Shown: positions 8,681 to 18,183, counted from the first letter of the stretch. The stretch is DNA of 64,000 bases from Patescibacteria group bacterium (GCA_038064195.1 JBBTTO010000002.1:333356-397355), one strand, 5' to 3'. Numbers and translations: made by a program. Notes: generated by a model not told the origin, from the sequence alone.

Positions 8681-10408
8681 ATGGAACAACAAAACATTCG
8701 CAATTTCGCTATCATCGCGCATATTGATCACGGGAAGTCGACATTATCAGACCGATTACTCGAGATCACGCATACCATCGCTAAAGATAAATTAGGCGAG
8801 CAGTTCCTCGACCAAAATCCGATCAGTAAAGAGCGGGGGATCACGATCAAGCTCGCTCCTGTCAGGATGAAGTATCACTCCGGGGATCAGGAATATGAAC
8901 TCAACTTGATAGATACTCCGGGCCACGTCGATTTCTCGTATGAGGTTTCACGCACCTTAGCCGCCTGTGAGGGTGCAGTCTTATTGGTCGATGCGACACA
9001 GGGTATCCAGGCACAGACTGTGGCGCATTTCCATGCTGCCAAGAAAGAAGGACTGGTCATGATCCCGGTCATCAATAAAATTGATCTAGACAACGCGATG
9101 ACAACTGCGGTTATTAAGGAGCTTGTGGAGGTCTTTGGCTTTAAGCAAGAAGACATTCTCCTCATCTCAGCCAAAACTGGAGAAAATGTCGAGGTCCTAC
9201 TTGAAAAAATTGTTGAGAAGTTCCCCTCACCTCAAGGTGATCCCGATGCACCTCTGCGAGCCCTTATTTTTGATGCTGTTTATGACGAATATCGCGGAGT
9301 CGTATCCTATGTGCGGGTGATGGATGGGAGTGTCAAAAAAGGGGATAAAGTGCAGCTTTTCCAGAGCGGTGTCAAGACTGAGGTCACTGATGTCGGGTAT
9401 TTCTCACCGTACTTGGCTTCAGATACACTTCTTAATACAGGTGAAATCGGCTATGTGATTACAGGTATTAAGAATATCCGTGAGGCCAGGGTGGGAGATA
9501 CTATTATCGAACAAAATAGCTCAGTTGATGCTTTGCCTGGTTATACTACGCCAAAACCAATGGTTTTTTTTGGGATGTATCCGAGGGATCAAAAAGATTT
9601 TGCGCATCTTAGGGACTCTCTTGGCAAACTTTCCCTCAATGATACTGCACTTACCTATTCAGAAGAGTATTCAGCCTATTTAGGAAGTGGCTTTAGAGTA
9701 GGATTCTTGGGACTTCTGCATGCTGAGATTGTCAAGGAACGGCTACAAAAAGAATTTGATCTGGAATTACTTTTGACTATGCCGCAGGTGCTTTATGACA
9801 GGCGGGAAGACGGTACGATCTATGAGCCGTATATGTTGCTCACTGTCTATGTCCCGACTGAGTATGTCGGCGGGGTCATGGGGGTCTGTCAAAAGAAAAA
9901 AGGAAGTTTACTCGATATGAAATATCATGAGTCATACGCGACTCTCTCCTATGAAATGCCTTACTCAATGTTCATGCGCGGGCTCTCAGCTGAGATAAAA
10001 TCAATCTCAAGCGGATTTGCCAGTCTGGATTATGAAATTAGCGAATACAAGCTTGCCGATCTGGTTCCTCTTGAGGTAAAGATAAATGATAATGCAATTG
10101 ATGTTCTTTCAGAATTGGTTTATAAAGATGAAGCGATGTATATTGCACGTGAAAAAGCCGGAAAATTAAAAGACTCTCTCCCCCGTCAGCAGTTCCGCCA
10201 GATTATCCAGGCGGTTCTGAGTAATGCCATAGTCGCACGGGAAGAAATACCGCCTTTCAGAAAAGATGTCCTCGCCAAAATGAGCGGCGGAGATCGCAGT
10301 CGTAAAGACAAATTACTTGAAGCACAGAAAAAAGGAAAGTCACGTATGCTTCAGACAGGCAAGGTTCAGCTTCCGCAGGAAGCCCTATTTTCGTTGATAG
10401 AGAGTTAG
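8681..10408 (+). CDS. lepA: Elongation factor 4 (LepA)
   Basis: NIRNFAIIAHIDHGKST G-domain and a LepA-specific C-terminal domain. Confidence 0.95.
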   Translation: MEQQNIRNFAIIAHIDHGKSTLSDRLLEITHTIAKDKLGEQFLDQNPISKERGITIKLAPVRMKYHSGDQEYELNLIDTPGHVDFSYEVSRTLAACEGAVLLVDATQGIQAQTVAHFHAAKKEGLVMIPVINKIDLDNAMTTAVIKELVEVFGFKQEDILLISAKTGENVEVLLEKIVEKFPSPQGDPDAPLRALIFDAVYDEYRGVVSYVRVMDGSVKKGDKVQLFQSGVKTEVTDVGYFSPYLASDTLLNTGEIGYVITGIKNIREARVGDTIIEQNSSVDALPGYTTPKPMVFFGMYPRDQKDFAHLRDSLGKLSLNDTALTYSEEYSAYLGSGFRVGFLGLLHAEIVKERLQKEFDLELLLTMPQVLYDRREDGTIYEPYMLLTVYVPTEYVGGVMGVCQKKKGSLLDMKYHESYATLSYEMPYSMFMRGLSAEIKSISSGFASLDYEISEYKLADLVPLEVKINDNAIDVLSELVYKDEAMYIAREKAGKLKDSLPRQQFRQIIQAVLSNAIVAREEIPPFRKDVLAKMSGGDRSRKDKLLEAQKKGKSRMLQTGKVQLPQEALFSLIES

Positions 10409-10409
10409 A

Positions 10410-10510
10410 AGGTATAGGTTTAGTTGTGGCTACTAGTATGGTTTTGGGTATAGTTATAAGGTTATTCCTATAACCTATGACCACAACTTTGCCAGCCGCT
10501 ATACCCAAAC
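10410..10510. repeat. Complex imperfect inverted-repeat element (AGGTATAGGTTTAG ... CTATACCCAAAC) between lepA and greA
   Basis: Left arms ggtataggtttagttgtgg and gttttgggtatag. Central palindrome ataaggttat/ataacctat. Right arms ccacaac and ctatacccaaac. Confidence 0.55.
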
Positions 10511-10523
10511 CTTATGTCAATTT

Positions 10524-10997
10524 ATGAAACAATTTATACAAAAAGTCGAGCCTATTCCTTTTACCAAAGACGGGTTTGAGAAGATTCAAAAAGAGCAGGA
10601 ACAACTTCTGGTTGAGCGTGTTGATGCTCTTACTCATTTGAAGAAGTCACGTGAGATGGGAGATTTGAAAGAAAATGGCTATTATCAGGCTTCCCGTCAG
10701 AAAATGAACGCGATTGACGGCAGGCTACGCCGTATCAAATTTCTCCTCAAATACGGGGTAGTCCTCTCCCCCAGTCAATCGGGGATGGTTGAAATCGGGT
10801 CGACAGTAACGCTTAAAACAGGTAATAACGAAGTGACTTATCAAATAGTTGGAGGCGAAGAATCAAATCCATCTGAAGGAAGGATCTCGCATCGTTCGCC
10901 ACTCGGGAAAGCGTTATTTTCTCATAAAACAGGTGAGAAAATAACCTTAAATTTACCCGCAGGTTCTACAGACTACCTCATTAAGAAGATCTCCTAA
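10524..10997 (+). CDS. greA: Transcription elongation factor GreA
   Basis: 157 aa. Coiled-coil N-terminus and an FKBP-like C-terminal domain. Confidence 0.9.
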   Translation: MKQFIQKVEPIPFTKDGFEKIQKEQEQLLVERVDALTHLKKSREMGDLKENGYYQASRQKMNAIDGRLRRIKFLLKYGVVLSPSQSGMVEIGSTVTLKTGNNEVTYQIVGGEESNPSEGRISHRSPLGKALFSHKTGEKITLNLPAGSTDYLIKKIS

Positions 10998-11052
10998 GAC
11001 GAAATGACCTTGACTCCCTCTCCAGTAAGGAGAGGAGTATAGAGTTAGGCTA

Positions 11053-12165
11053 TTATAGTGCAAAAAACAGGATGGCTCCGATCAGGCTCAAGACTGAGAA
11101 GAATGCTCCCAGGCCGATGATAGTTGCCCCCGGTCCCGGACTGGCAATAGTCGGAGTAGGTGTATCAGCTCCGGCAATAGTCGGAGTAGGTGTATCTGTG
11201 AGTCCGGCTGTCGGTGTAGCAGTCGGACCTGCGACACTTATGGTCTGGAGACAACCGGCAGAAGTATTAGAGGCACCTCCGTCATCAGTTAAGGTCGCGG
11301 TAGCTTTGAAGGTGCCACCCGCGCTATATATATGGGAAGTAGTTGCTGAGACGGAAGCAGTCGCTAAGCCGTCGGTAACTGAGGCAGTGTTGCCATCACC
11401 AAAATCAAAATCTGCTTTGTTAATAACGCCGTCATTGTCAGTTCCGACGGCAGTAAAGTTAACAGTCAACGGCGCTGCGCCTGATGTCACATCAGCTGTG
11501 AGTGAGGCGCAGGCAGGTATCTGGTTGGTGGCTTCGGTAATAGTCGGAGTGGGTGTGTCTGTCGGAGGCTCGACTACTGCAGGAGTAACGATATCGATGA
11601 TGGCAGGGGTACTGCTTGATAGGACATCTTCACTTGCCTGGTCGGAGGTGCCGATGGAGAGAACCTGTGTCTGGGTACCGTAGATAACCTGGGTGGGTGT
11701 ATCTGTGCCGGCGAGTGCTTTCAGGTGCAAGGTACCGATCTCTGTTGGGGTCTGAATAGCCTTGGTAAGATCTGAGCCGACAGACAAGGATACAAGGATT
11801 TTGCCGTCTTCATAGACCGGACCCTCATTGATAGTCGGGAAGGCGGTCTTGTTAGGTTCAAAGGCAGGTTCCCCGCCTGTCCCTGAGGCTGTAGCAAGTT
11901 TGGAACTGTCGTACTGGATCTCGAGGCGAACGAATGAAACCAGATTAGAACTCGGGTCAACACTGAGCTTAAGATCGATGACGTCATCAACTTTGGCCTG
12001 AATCGGATTTGAGGGCGTTGAAGGTGGTGTAAAACCCAGAGTGGAGGCTGCCTGCGCACGAGAACGAACTTCCTGCTGCTGTTGGAGGAGGAAAATGGTG
12101 ACAGGAATACCGATGAGGACAAGAACGATGAGGGCTATGACGATTATTTTTTTGGCAGAAAACAT
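11053..12165 (-). CDS. Surface-anchored hypothetical protein (N-terminal TM/signal, TPTPT repeats, C-terminal hydrophobic anchor)
   Basis: Hydrophobic N-terminus, Thr/Pro-rich repeats and a C-terminal TM segment. The overlapping plus-strand ORF 11072-11683 is judged spurious. Confidence 0.7.
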   Translation of the reverse strand: MFSAKKIIVIALIVLVLIGIPVTIFLLQQQQEVRSRAQAASTLGFTPPSTPSNPIQAKVDDVIDLKLSVDPSSNLVSFVRLEIQYDSSKLATASGTGGEPAFEPNKTAFPTINEGPVYEDGKILVSLSVGSDLTKAIQTPTEIGTLHLKALAGTDTPTQVIYGTQTQVLSIGTSDQASEDVLSSSTPAIIDIVTPAVVEPPTDTPTPTITEATNQIPACASLTADVTSGAAPLTVNFTAVGTDNDGVINKADFDFGDGNTASVTDGLATASVSATTSHIYSAGGTFKATATLTDDGGASNTSAGCLQTISVAGPTATPTAGLTDTPTPTIAGADTPTPTIASPGPGATIIGLGAFFSVLSLIGAILFFAL

Positions 12166-12242
12166 AGCAATGAGACGTACAAATGGTACGTCACTTTCAT
12201 CGTATATGAATTAAAGAAGAGGTGTCAAGCGAGCTGTGAAAT

Positions 12243-12291
12243 AGGTATAGGTTTAGGTATAGCAGCCATAACTGTACCTACTACCTAAATT
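12243..12291. repeat. Second copy of the dispersed palindromic repeat (AGGTATAGGTTTAGGTATAG ... TACCTACTACCTAAAT)
   Basis: Shares an exact 14-mer AGGTATAGGTTTAG with 10410-10423. The inverted partner tacctaaa lies 20 nt downstream. Confidence 0.5.
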
Positions 12292-12302
12292 TTGTAAAAC
12301 CC

Positions 12303-12331
12303 TTGACAATTCAAGGCGTATATTGTATAAA
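12303..12331 (+). promoter_or_regulatory. groES-groEL promoter TTGACA-17-(TG)TATAAA
   Basis: TTGACA at 12303-12308 and TATAAA at 12326-12331, with an upstream TG. Confidence 0.6.
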
Positions 12332-12358
12332 TTAGCAGTAACAATTAATGAGTGATTA
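12332..12358. promoter_or_regulatory. CIRCE-like inverted repeat TTAGCAgTa-N9-GAGTGaTtA (candidate HrcA operator)
   Basis: 7/9 matches per half-site to TTAGCACTC-N9-GAGTGCTAA. Positioned just downstream of the -10, as in canonical groESL operons. Confidence 0.4.
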
Positions 12359-12379
12359 CTCAGCATTATATAGATTACT

Positions 12380-12691
12380 ATGGCAAGCAAATCGAATGTC
12401 AAATCCGAAATTAAACCACTCTTTGATAACGTCTTAATCAAGCCTGAAGAGGCAGAGACAAAGACTGCTAGTGGCATTATATTGCCGGACTCTGTTAAAG
12501 AAAAACCTCAGCTCGGAACTATCATGGCTGTAGGGAATGGTCATATAACTCCCGAGGGTAAAACAGTCCCGATGACTGTCAAAGCAGGACAAAAGGTAAT
12601 GTATAAAAAATGGGGCGGTAATGAAGTTAAAGTAAATGGTGAGGACTGGATGATGGTCGAACAAAAAGACATTCTCGCAATCGTTGGTTAA
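12380..12691 (+). CDS. groES: Co-chaperonin GroES
   Basis: 103 aa with the canonical cpn10 sequence. Confidence 0.95.
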   Translation: MASKSNVKSEIKPLFDNVLIKPEEAETKTASGIILPDSVKEKPQLGTIMAVGNGHITPEGKTVPMTVKAGQKVMYKKWGGNEVKVNGEDWMMVEQKDILAIVG

Positions 12692-12811
12692 CAATTACGT
12701 AAATTCTAAGCGCTAATTTCGAAGCTCGAAACAAATATAAAATAATAAATACAAAATAGTTTCGGATTTCGATATTCGGATTTAGAGTTTCTTTTCCGAA
12801 GGAAAAGTATT

Positions 12812-14476
12812 ATGGCAAAGCAAATTATATACGGCACAGAGGCACGGGCAAAGCTCAAATCAGGTGTAGATCAACTGGCTAACGCCGTGGCTACGACACT
12901 TGGACCAAAGGGCCGCAACGTCGCGCTTGATAAAAAATGGGGAGCCCCTAATGTCATCCATGATGGTGTCACTGTTGCAAAAGAAATTGAACTCAAAGAT
13001 CCTTTCGAAAACATGGGCGCACAACTGGTCAAAGAAGCTGCTTCCAAAACAGCCGATGTCGCCGGAGACGGTACAACTACCTCCACAGTTCTCGCACAAT
13101 CAATTGTCAACGAAGGTATCAAAATGATCACCGCAGGTGCTAACCCGATGGTCATGCGCCGCGGTATTGAAAAAGCCGGTGAGCACGTCGTCACAGAACT
13201 GAAAAAAATGGCCAAGGATATCAAGGAGACGGATATTGCCAATGTCGCAACTATCTCTGCCGGTAACGCAGAACTCGGACAACTCATCGCTGAGGCTTTG
13301 AAGAAAGTCGGTAAAGACGGTGTCGTCACTGTAGAGGAAGGACGAAGTCTCACCACAGAAATTGAGTATAAAGAAGGTATGGAATTTGATAAAGGCTATG
13401 TCTCAGCCTACTTTGTCACCCAGCCTGAGAAGATGGAATCTGAGATCGAGAGTCCTTATATCCTTATTACCGATAAGAAAATCTCAGCTCTTAACGAATT
13501 GCTGCCATTCCTTGAGAATTTAGTTAAAGTCACCAAAAATCTCGTTGTAATTGCGGATGATGTTGATGGTGAGGCATTAGCCACACTCGTTGTGAATAAG
13601 CTTAAAGGTACCTTTAATACGCTGGCTATTAAAGCACCGGGCTTTGGTGATAGACGAAAAGAAATGCTCCAGGATATCGCAGTCCTGACAGGCGGAACGG
13701 TGATCTCTGAGGATACGGGACGAAAGTTAGATAGTGTCACGCTTGAGGACTGTGGACGGGCTGATAAAGTCTGGGCTGATAAAGATAATGCCCGCGTAAT
13801 CGGCGGTAAAGGTGACAAAATAGCTATTACTGCACGTGTCAAACAAATCAGGATGGCAATTGAGAAAACCACATCAGAGTTTGATCGGGAGAAACTCCAG
13901 GAAAGACTCGCTAAATTATCAGGTGGTGTAGCAGTCATTAATGTCGGAGCAGCAACTGAGGTGGAGTTAAAAGACCGCAAAGAGCGTGTCATTGATGCCG
14001 TTGCTGCAACTAAAGCCGCCCTTGAGGAGGGAATCGTCCCAGGAGGATCTGTCGCACTTCTTGACGTTGCGACTCGTATGACGACTAAGCCTCTTGAAGC
14101 AGCTAAAGCCTCACGAGATGAGGTCTTTGGGTTTGAGATCGTCAAGTCAGCACTCGAGGCACCTTTTATCCGTCTTATGCAAAACGCAGGGCTTGATGCA
14201 GGACAACTCATCGCTAAGGCACGCGAAGTATCTGCCGCCGGACAGGGCTTTAATGTCATGACAGTTGAGTCTGCTGAGACTGCAACACCTGTTGATATGC
14301 TTAAAGAAGGCATCATTGATCCTCTCAAAGTAGTTCGCAGCGCAGTGCAAAATGCAGTCTCTGTCGCCACAATGATTTTGACCACTGAGTCATTGGTAAC
14401 TGATATTCCTGAGGAGAAGCCAGGCTTACCCGGTGCCGGTGGCATGCCAGGGGGTATGGGTGGAATGGACTACTAA
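12812..14476 (+). CDS. groEL: Chaperonin GroEL
   Basis: 554 aa, ending in a GGM repeat. The large minus-strand ORFs inside it are spurious. Confidence 0.97.
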   Translation: MAKQIIYGTEARAKLKSGVDQLANAVATTLGPKGRNVALDKKWGAPNVIHDGVTVAKEIELKDPFENMGAQLVKEAASKTADVAGDGTTTSTVLAQSIVNEGIKMITAGANPMVMRRGIEKAGEHVVTELKKMAKDIKETDIANVATISAGNAELGQLIAEALKKVGKDGVVTVEEGRSLTTEIEYKEGMEFDKGYVSAYFVTQPEKMESEIESPYILITDKKISALNELLPFLENLVKVTKNLVVIADDVDGEALATLVVNKLKGTFNTLAIKAPGFGDRRKEMLQDIAVLTGGTVISEDTGRKLDSVTLEDCGRADKVWADKDNARVIGGKGDKIAITARVKQIRMAIEKTTSEFDREKLQERLAKLSGGVAVINVGAATEVELKDRKERVIDAVAATKAALEEGIVPGGSVALLDVATRMTTKPLEAAKASRDEVFGFEIVKSALEAPFIRLMQNAGLDAGQLIAKAREVSAAGQGFNVMTVESAETATPVDMLKEGIIDPLKVVRSAVQNAVSVATMILTTESLVTDIPEEKPGLPGAGGMPGGMGGMDY

Positions 14477-14511
14477 GTCAGTAGTCAGTTGTTAGAAGTT
14501 AGTTGTTAGTT
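14477..14511 (+). repeat. Heptanucleotide tandem repeat (GTYAGTW)x5 immediately after the groEL stop
   Basis: gtcagta gtcagtt gttagaa gttagtt gttagtt. Confidence 0.5.
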
Positions 14512-14512
14512 A

Positions 14513-14538
14513 GGGATCCGCGATGAGCGGATTTTTTG
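14513..14538 (+). terminator. Rho-independent terminator after groEL (AUCCGC-GAUGA-GCGGAU followed by U6)
   Basis: 6-bp stem and a T-run at 14532-14537. Confidence 0.7.
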
Positions 14539-14545
14539 TTGGTTT

Positions 14546-16213
14546 TTAAGCGGAGCGGTTGGCGTCAATGACTTCCTCACTACCGCCAAGAATTTCTCTC
14601 CAGTTACCGAGTTGACGGAAGATTTGGATATACGTCTGAGCTTCCCTGATCTTGAACAGCCAGGTAAGGAGAAGATAAATAACAAGTCCTGCCAGACTTG
14701 AGATGCCTGTCAGCATGATGAGATTGACCGTGCGGGTGGTGTCAAAGACTAGCTCATCAAGAAGTTTAATCGGAACGTATAGTGCAAGCCCGGTAAAAAG
14801 TGTGGCAACAAAAAATTTAGTGAAAGAGATAAGGAGCGTACTGCGGTCAAAGCCGCCTGTCTTACGGTCAAGATAGATAAAGAGAAGGATAAGCTGTAAA
14901 AAATTTGAGAGTGTGAAGGCTATCGCGATACTTGAAAGCCCCATATGATTGATCACGACTAAAATATAGCTGAGTATAAGAAGGAAGACAGTGGCAATGG
15001 CACTGGTCACAAGGGGAATAAAGGTGTTATGGAGCGCGTAGAAAGCTCTGTAGAAAAGAACGATCAGTCCCTGAGCAAAAATAGAGATTGCCAGAAAGGC
15101 CAGTGTCGTACCGGTAAGCACTGTCGCGGGCCAGTCAAATTTATCAGCTCCGTAAATAAGACGGACAATCGGGATGCGCAGTACTAAGATCAGAGCTGAG
15201 ACAGGTAAGATCAGATAAAGCATCTGATTGAGACTGGCAAGAAAAGTGGCTTTGAATTCTTCCAGATTGTTGCGTTCGCGGGAGAGGACAGGAAAAGCAG
15301 CCTGGGCAATGCTGTAGCCAATGAGTGAGACAGGAGCAAACATCAGCGTTTTGGCGTAATCAAAAAGTAAATGCATGCGTCCGGGATCCGTCATAAATGA
15401 GATGATGGCGGCAATAACAATAGTCCCGAGCTGCTGGATCCCCACCTGAATAGTTCGCGGCCACATCAGCTTGAGGATCTTACGTACTCCATCATTACCG
15501 AAAAGCTGTGAGGACGGGGTAAAGTGAAAGCCTACTTTTATAGCAAGGGGGATCTGACAGACGATATAAATGATTGATCCGAGGACGGCACCAAGGGGAG
15601 CCGAATAGATCCCAAACCAGCTATGCAGAAAGATGATACCTAAGATAATACCCAGGTTGTAAAGCGCCTGGGCAAATCCCGGGATAAAGAAATGATTGTA
15701 AGACTGGAGGAGCGCGGTAAAGAAAGTACCTACAATAAACAACAGCTGCCCGATAACCAGTAGTCGCATCAGGTTGGCCATAAGTGTCATCTGGGCTGGT
15801 GTGAAGTTGGCGCCAACATTGAAAAGTTCGAGGAAAAAAGGAGCGAATACGGCAACAATAAGCGAAAGGAGTGCAAAGATCCCTATCCCTACTACTAAAA
15901 AGGTGGAGGCCATACTATGTCCTTCTTTGGCTCTCCCGCGGCTGAGATAATCAGAAAAAACAGGGATAAATGCGCTTGAGAAGGCAGCGGCGACAACGAG
16001 TTGAAAGATGGTATCCGGAAGGATTGAGGCATAGTTGTAGACTCCAAGGGTACTTGTCGGGCCAAAAATTGAGATAAGAAGGCGGCTTCGAACGAGTCCC
16101 AGAATTTGTGAAAATATAACTGTCGCCATGAGGATATAGGCCGCGGAGATGATATTGGTTTGCCTTTTTAACAGAACCTCCAATCCTCGTTTGAAAATAT
16201 CACTCATAGACAT
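14546..16213 (-). CDS. murJ: Lipid II flippase MurJ (MviN)
   Basis: 555 aa polytopic membrane protein of the MurJ/MOP family. Confidence 0.9.
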   Translation of the reverse strand: MSMSDIFKRGLEVLLKRQTNIISAAYILMATVIFSQILGLVRSRLLISIFGPTSTLGVYNYASILPDTIFQLVVAAAFSSAFIPVFSDYLSRGRAKEGHSMASTFLVVGIGIFALLSLIVAVFAPFFLELFNVGANFTPAQMTLMANLMRLLVIGQLLFIVGTFFTALLQSYNHFFIPGFAQALYNLGIILGIIFLHSWFGIYSAPLGAVLGSIIYIVCQIPLAIKVGFHFTPSSQLFGNDGVRKILKLMWPRTIQVGIQQLGTIVIAAIISFMTDPGRMHLLFDYAKTLMFAPVSLIGYSIAQAAFPVLSRERNNLEEFKATFLASLNQMLYLILPVSALILVLRIPIVRLIYGADKFDWPATVLTGTTLAFLAISIFAQGLIVLFYRAFYALHNTFIPLVTSAIATVFLLILSYILVVINHMGLSSIAIAFTLSNFLQLILLFIYLDRKTGGFDRSTLLISFTKFFVATLFTGLALYVPIKLLDELVFDTTRTVNLIMLTGISSLAGLVIYLLLTWLFKIREAQTYIQIFRQLGNWREILGGSEEVIDANRSA

Positions 16214-16274
16214 TTATTGTAGTGGGTTTTCTGTGAAAAGTCATTATCAAAAGGTCGAAGACCTCATCCTCCTA

Positions 16275-16295
16275 TCCCTCTCCTCTGAGGAGAGG
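16275..16295. other. Perfect 10-bp stem hairpin CCCTCTCCTC-t-GAGGAGAGGG between divergent murJ and rpsT
   Basis: Read directly. No flanking U-run, so it is not an intrinsic terminator. Confidence 0.4.
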
Positions 16296-16320
16296 GAAGG
16301 GTGAGGTAAAGCTTATTTAT

Positions 16321-16764
16321 ATGCTCAGCTCATTGCGTATGAGCTTCAAACATGGTAAAATACCATCTATGCCAATTCTCAAACACGCCAAGAAAAAGCT
16401 GAGACAGGATATCCGTAAAGAGTATATCCAGGATAACGCGAGGGTGCATTATAAGCAGCTTATTAAAAAAGCTAAAGAAAATCCGTCAAAGGCTACCATT
16501 AGTGCTGCTTTTCAGGCGATCGATAAAGCTGCTAAGAAAAATCTTATTCATGACAATAAAGCAGCTCGTCTGAAGTCAGCTCTCTCAAGAGCCTCAGGTG
16601 ATAAGCCTACCCAGACTCCCGCTCCAAAGAAGCATCTGACTAAAGCCGCTCAGGCCAAAGCTAACAAGAGTATCAGTAAAGCACCTGTGGCTGAAGTGGT
16701 ACCCGTCGTTGAATCTCCCAGAACTTCTCCTAAAGCGAAGAAAGCAACACCCAAGAAGAAATAA
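16321..16764 (+). CDS. rpsT: 30S ribosomal protein S20 with a Lys/Ala/Pro-rich C-terminal extension
   Basis: Conserved S20 core HAKKKLRQDIRK... The true start is probably the internal ATG at 16369 (MPILKHAKKK). The C-terminus is extended by about 55 residues with a histone-H1-like composition. Confidence 0.85.
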   Translation: MLSSLRMSFKHGKIPSMPILKHAKKKLRQDIRKEYIQDNARVHYKQLIKKAKENPSKATISAAFQAIDKAAKKNLIHDNKAARLKSALSRASGDKPTQTPAPKKHLTKAAQAKANKSISKAPVAEVVPVVESPRTSPKAKKATPKKK

Positions 16765-16773
16765 GCTCCTCAA

Positions 16774-16802
16774 TTGATCTACTTCCACAAAAGCGTTATA
16801 AT
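16774..16802 (+). promoter_or_regulatory. Consensus-like promoter TTGATC-17-TATAAT upstream of serS
   Basis: TTGATC at 16774-16779 and TATAAT at 16797-16802. Confidence 0.7.
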
Positions 16803-16812
16803 CCCCTTAGGC

Positions 16813-16917
16813 AATTTTCAATTCGAAATTTACAATTTGAAATGAATGTTTAAAGATTTAAATTTAAAACATTTGTATTTCATTAAAAATTGAAAACTGA
16901 AAATTTCAAATTAAACC
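16813..16917 (+). repeat. About 105-nt AT-rich heptamer-periodic leader (AATTTTC AATTCGA AATTTAC AATTTGA ... TTGAAAA CTGAAAA) abutting the serS ATG
   Basis: Fifteen consecutive 7-nt units with recurring AATTYNN and YTGAAAA forms, plus internal inverted symmetry. No Shine-Dalgarno. Confidence 0.5.
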
Positions 16918-18183
16918 ATGATTGATATTAAAATTCTCAGAGAGAATCCGAAAGATATTGAGACAGCAGCTCGAAATAAAGGTATAACAATCAATGCCGC
17001 ACACATTCTCGAGATCGATGAAAAATACCGTGAGCTTTCCTCTGTTGTTCAGCTACTTCGTGAAGAACGTAATCAACTCGTAAAAGCCGGTTCATCAACA
17101 CTTGAAAGTGAAAGGAATTCCGCTATCGCGGAGGGGAAGAAATTGAAGGTCCTCCTTGAGCAAAAAGAGCATGCGCTTAATTCAGTAAAAGATGAGTTGG
17201 ATAGGGCGCTCTTGACTATTCCTAACCCCGCGAAATCAGATGTTAAGATCGGTAAGGATGAGACTGAGAATGAAGTTATCCGTAGTGTTGGAGAGCCCAC
17301 GAAGTTTGCTTTTCCTCCCAAAGATCACCTAGAGCTTGGTGAGGCGCTTGGTATTATTGATGTCCAGACTGCAAGTCAGGTCTCAGGAAGCCGTTTTAAC
17401 TACCTCAAAAATGAAGCGGTTCTCCTGGAGTCAGCCCTTAAGGAGTTGGCTTTTGAAGTTTTGCTTACCGAAGGGTTTATCCCTGTTACACCACCTGTTC
17501 TTATCAAGCATGAAGTCATGGACGCGCTTGGTTATACAGCCATGGGGGAGGCAGACAATATCTTTTCCCTTGATAAAGACGGTCTGTATCTGGTTGGTAC
17601 TTCAGAGCAATCGATTGTGCCGATTCACATGAATGCTACTCTCAAAAAAGAAGATCTGCCACGACGTTATGTCGGGTACTCAACCTGTTTTCGCCGTGAA
17701 GCGGGGAGTTACGGGAAAGATACAAAAGGAATTTTTCGTGTTCATCAGTTTAATAAAGTTGAGATGGTCTCATTTGTTGAGGAAGGGGATGATGATCGTG
17801 AGCATGAGTATCTCCTTGGTCTTGAAGAAAAGTTTTTCCAGATGCTCGCACTCCCCTACCAGGTGGTTCGTATTTGCACCGGGGATTTGGGCTTTAATGC
17901 AGCCCGTAAATACGATATCGAGGCTTGGATCCCATCACAAAATAAATACCGTGAGGTGACATCGACATCAACAGTTACTGATTTTCAATCACGACGTCTT
18001 AACATGCGCTATAGTGACGGCAACGAGAAAAAATACCTCAGTGTCCTCAACGGGACGGCATTTTCAATGAATCGGCCGATTATTGCCATCCTTGAAAATT
18101 ATCAGCAGGAAGACGGCTCAGTCGTTATCCCTGAGGTCTTGCGAAAATATATCGGTAAGGATAAAATAACGCCTCGAAGATAA
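16918..18183 (+). CDS. serS: Seryl-tRNA synthetase
   Basis: N-terminal coiled-coil and class II motifs 1-3. Confidence 0.95.
   Translation: MIDIKILRENPKDIETAARNKGITINAAHILEIDEKYRELSSVVQLLREERNQLVKAGSSTLESERNSAIAEGKKLKVLLEQKEHALNSVKDELDRALLTIPNPAKSDVKIGKDETENEVIRSVGEPTKFAFPPKDHLELGEALGIIDVQTASQVSGSRFNYLKNEAVLLESALKELAFEVLLTEGFIPVTPPVLIKHEVMDALGYTAMGEADNIFSLDKDGLYLVGTSEQSIVPIHMNATLKKEDLPRRYVGYSTCFRREAGSYGKDTKGIFRVHQFNKVEMVSFVEEGDDDREHEYLLGLEEKFFQMLALPYQVVRICTGDLGFNAARKYDIEAWIPSQNKYREVTSTSTVTDFQSRRLNMRYSDGNEKKYLSVLNGTAFSMNRPIIAILENYQQEDGSVVIPEVLRKYIGKDKITPRR

Noticed and set aside
11072-11683. 203-aa plus-strand ORF inside the surface-protein gene, and the large minus-strand ORFs inside groEL (12871-13356, 13456-14445), rpoC (1481-2026, 2708-3136), glnA, the P-type ATPase and others
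   Set aside because: They lie antisense to or overlap strongly supported conserved genes. They have low-complexity composition (A/S/T/P-rich) and no motifs.
16765-16917. T-box leader upstream of serS, as in Firmicutes
   Set aside because: There is no GGUGGNACC T-box sequence and no terminator/antiterminator pair. The region is an AT-rich heptamer-periodic tract instead.
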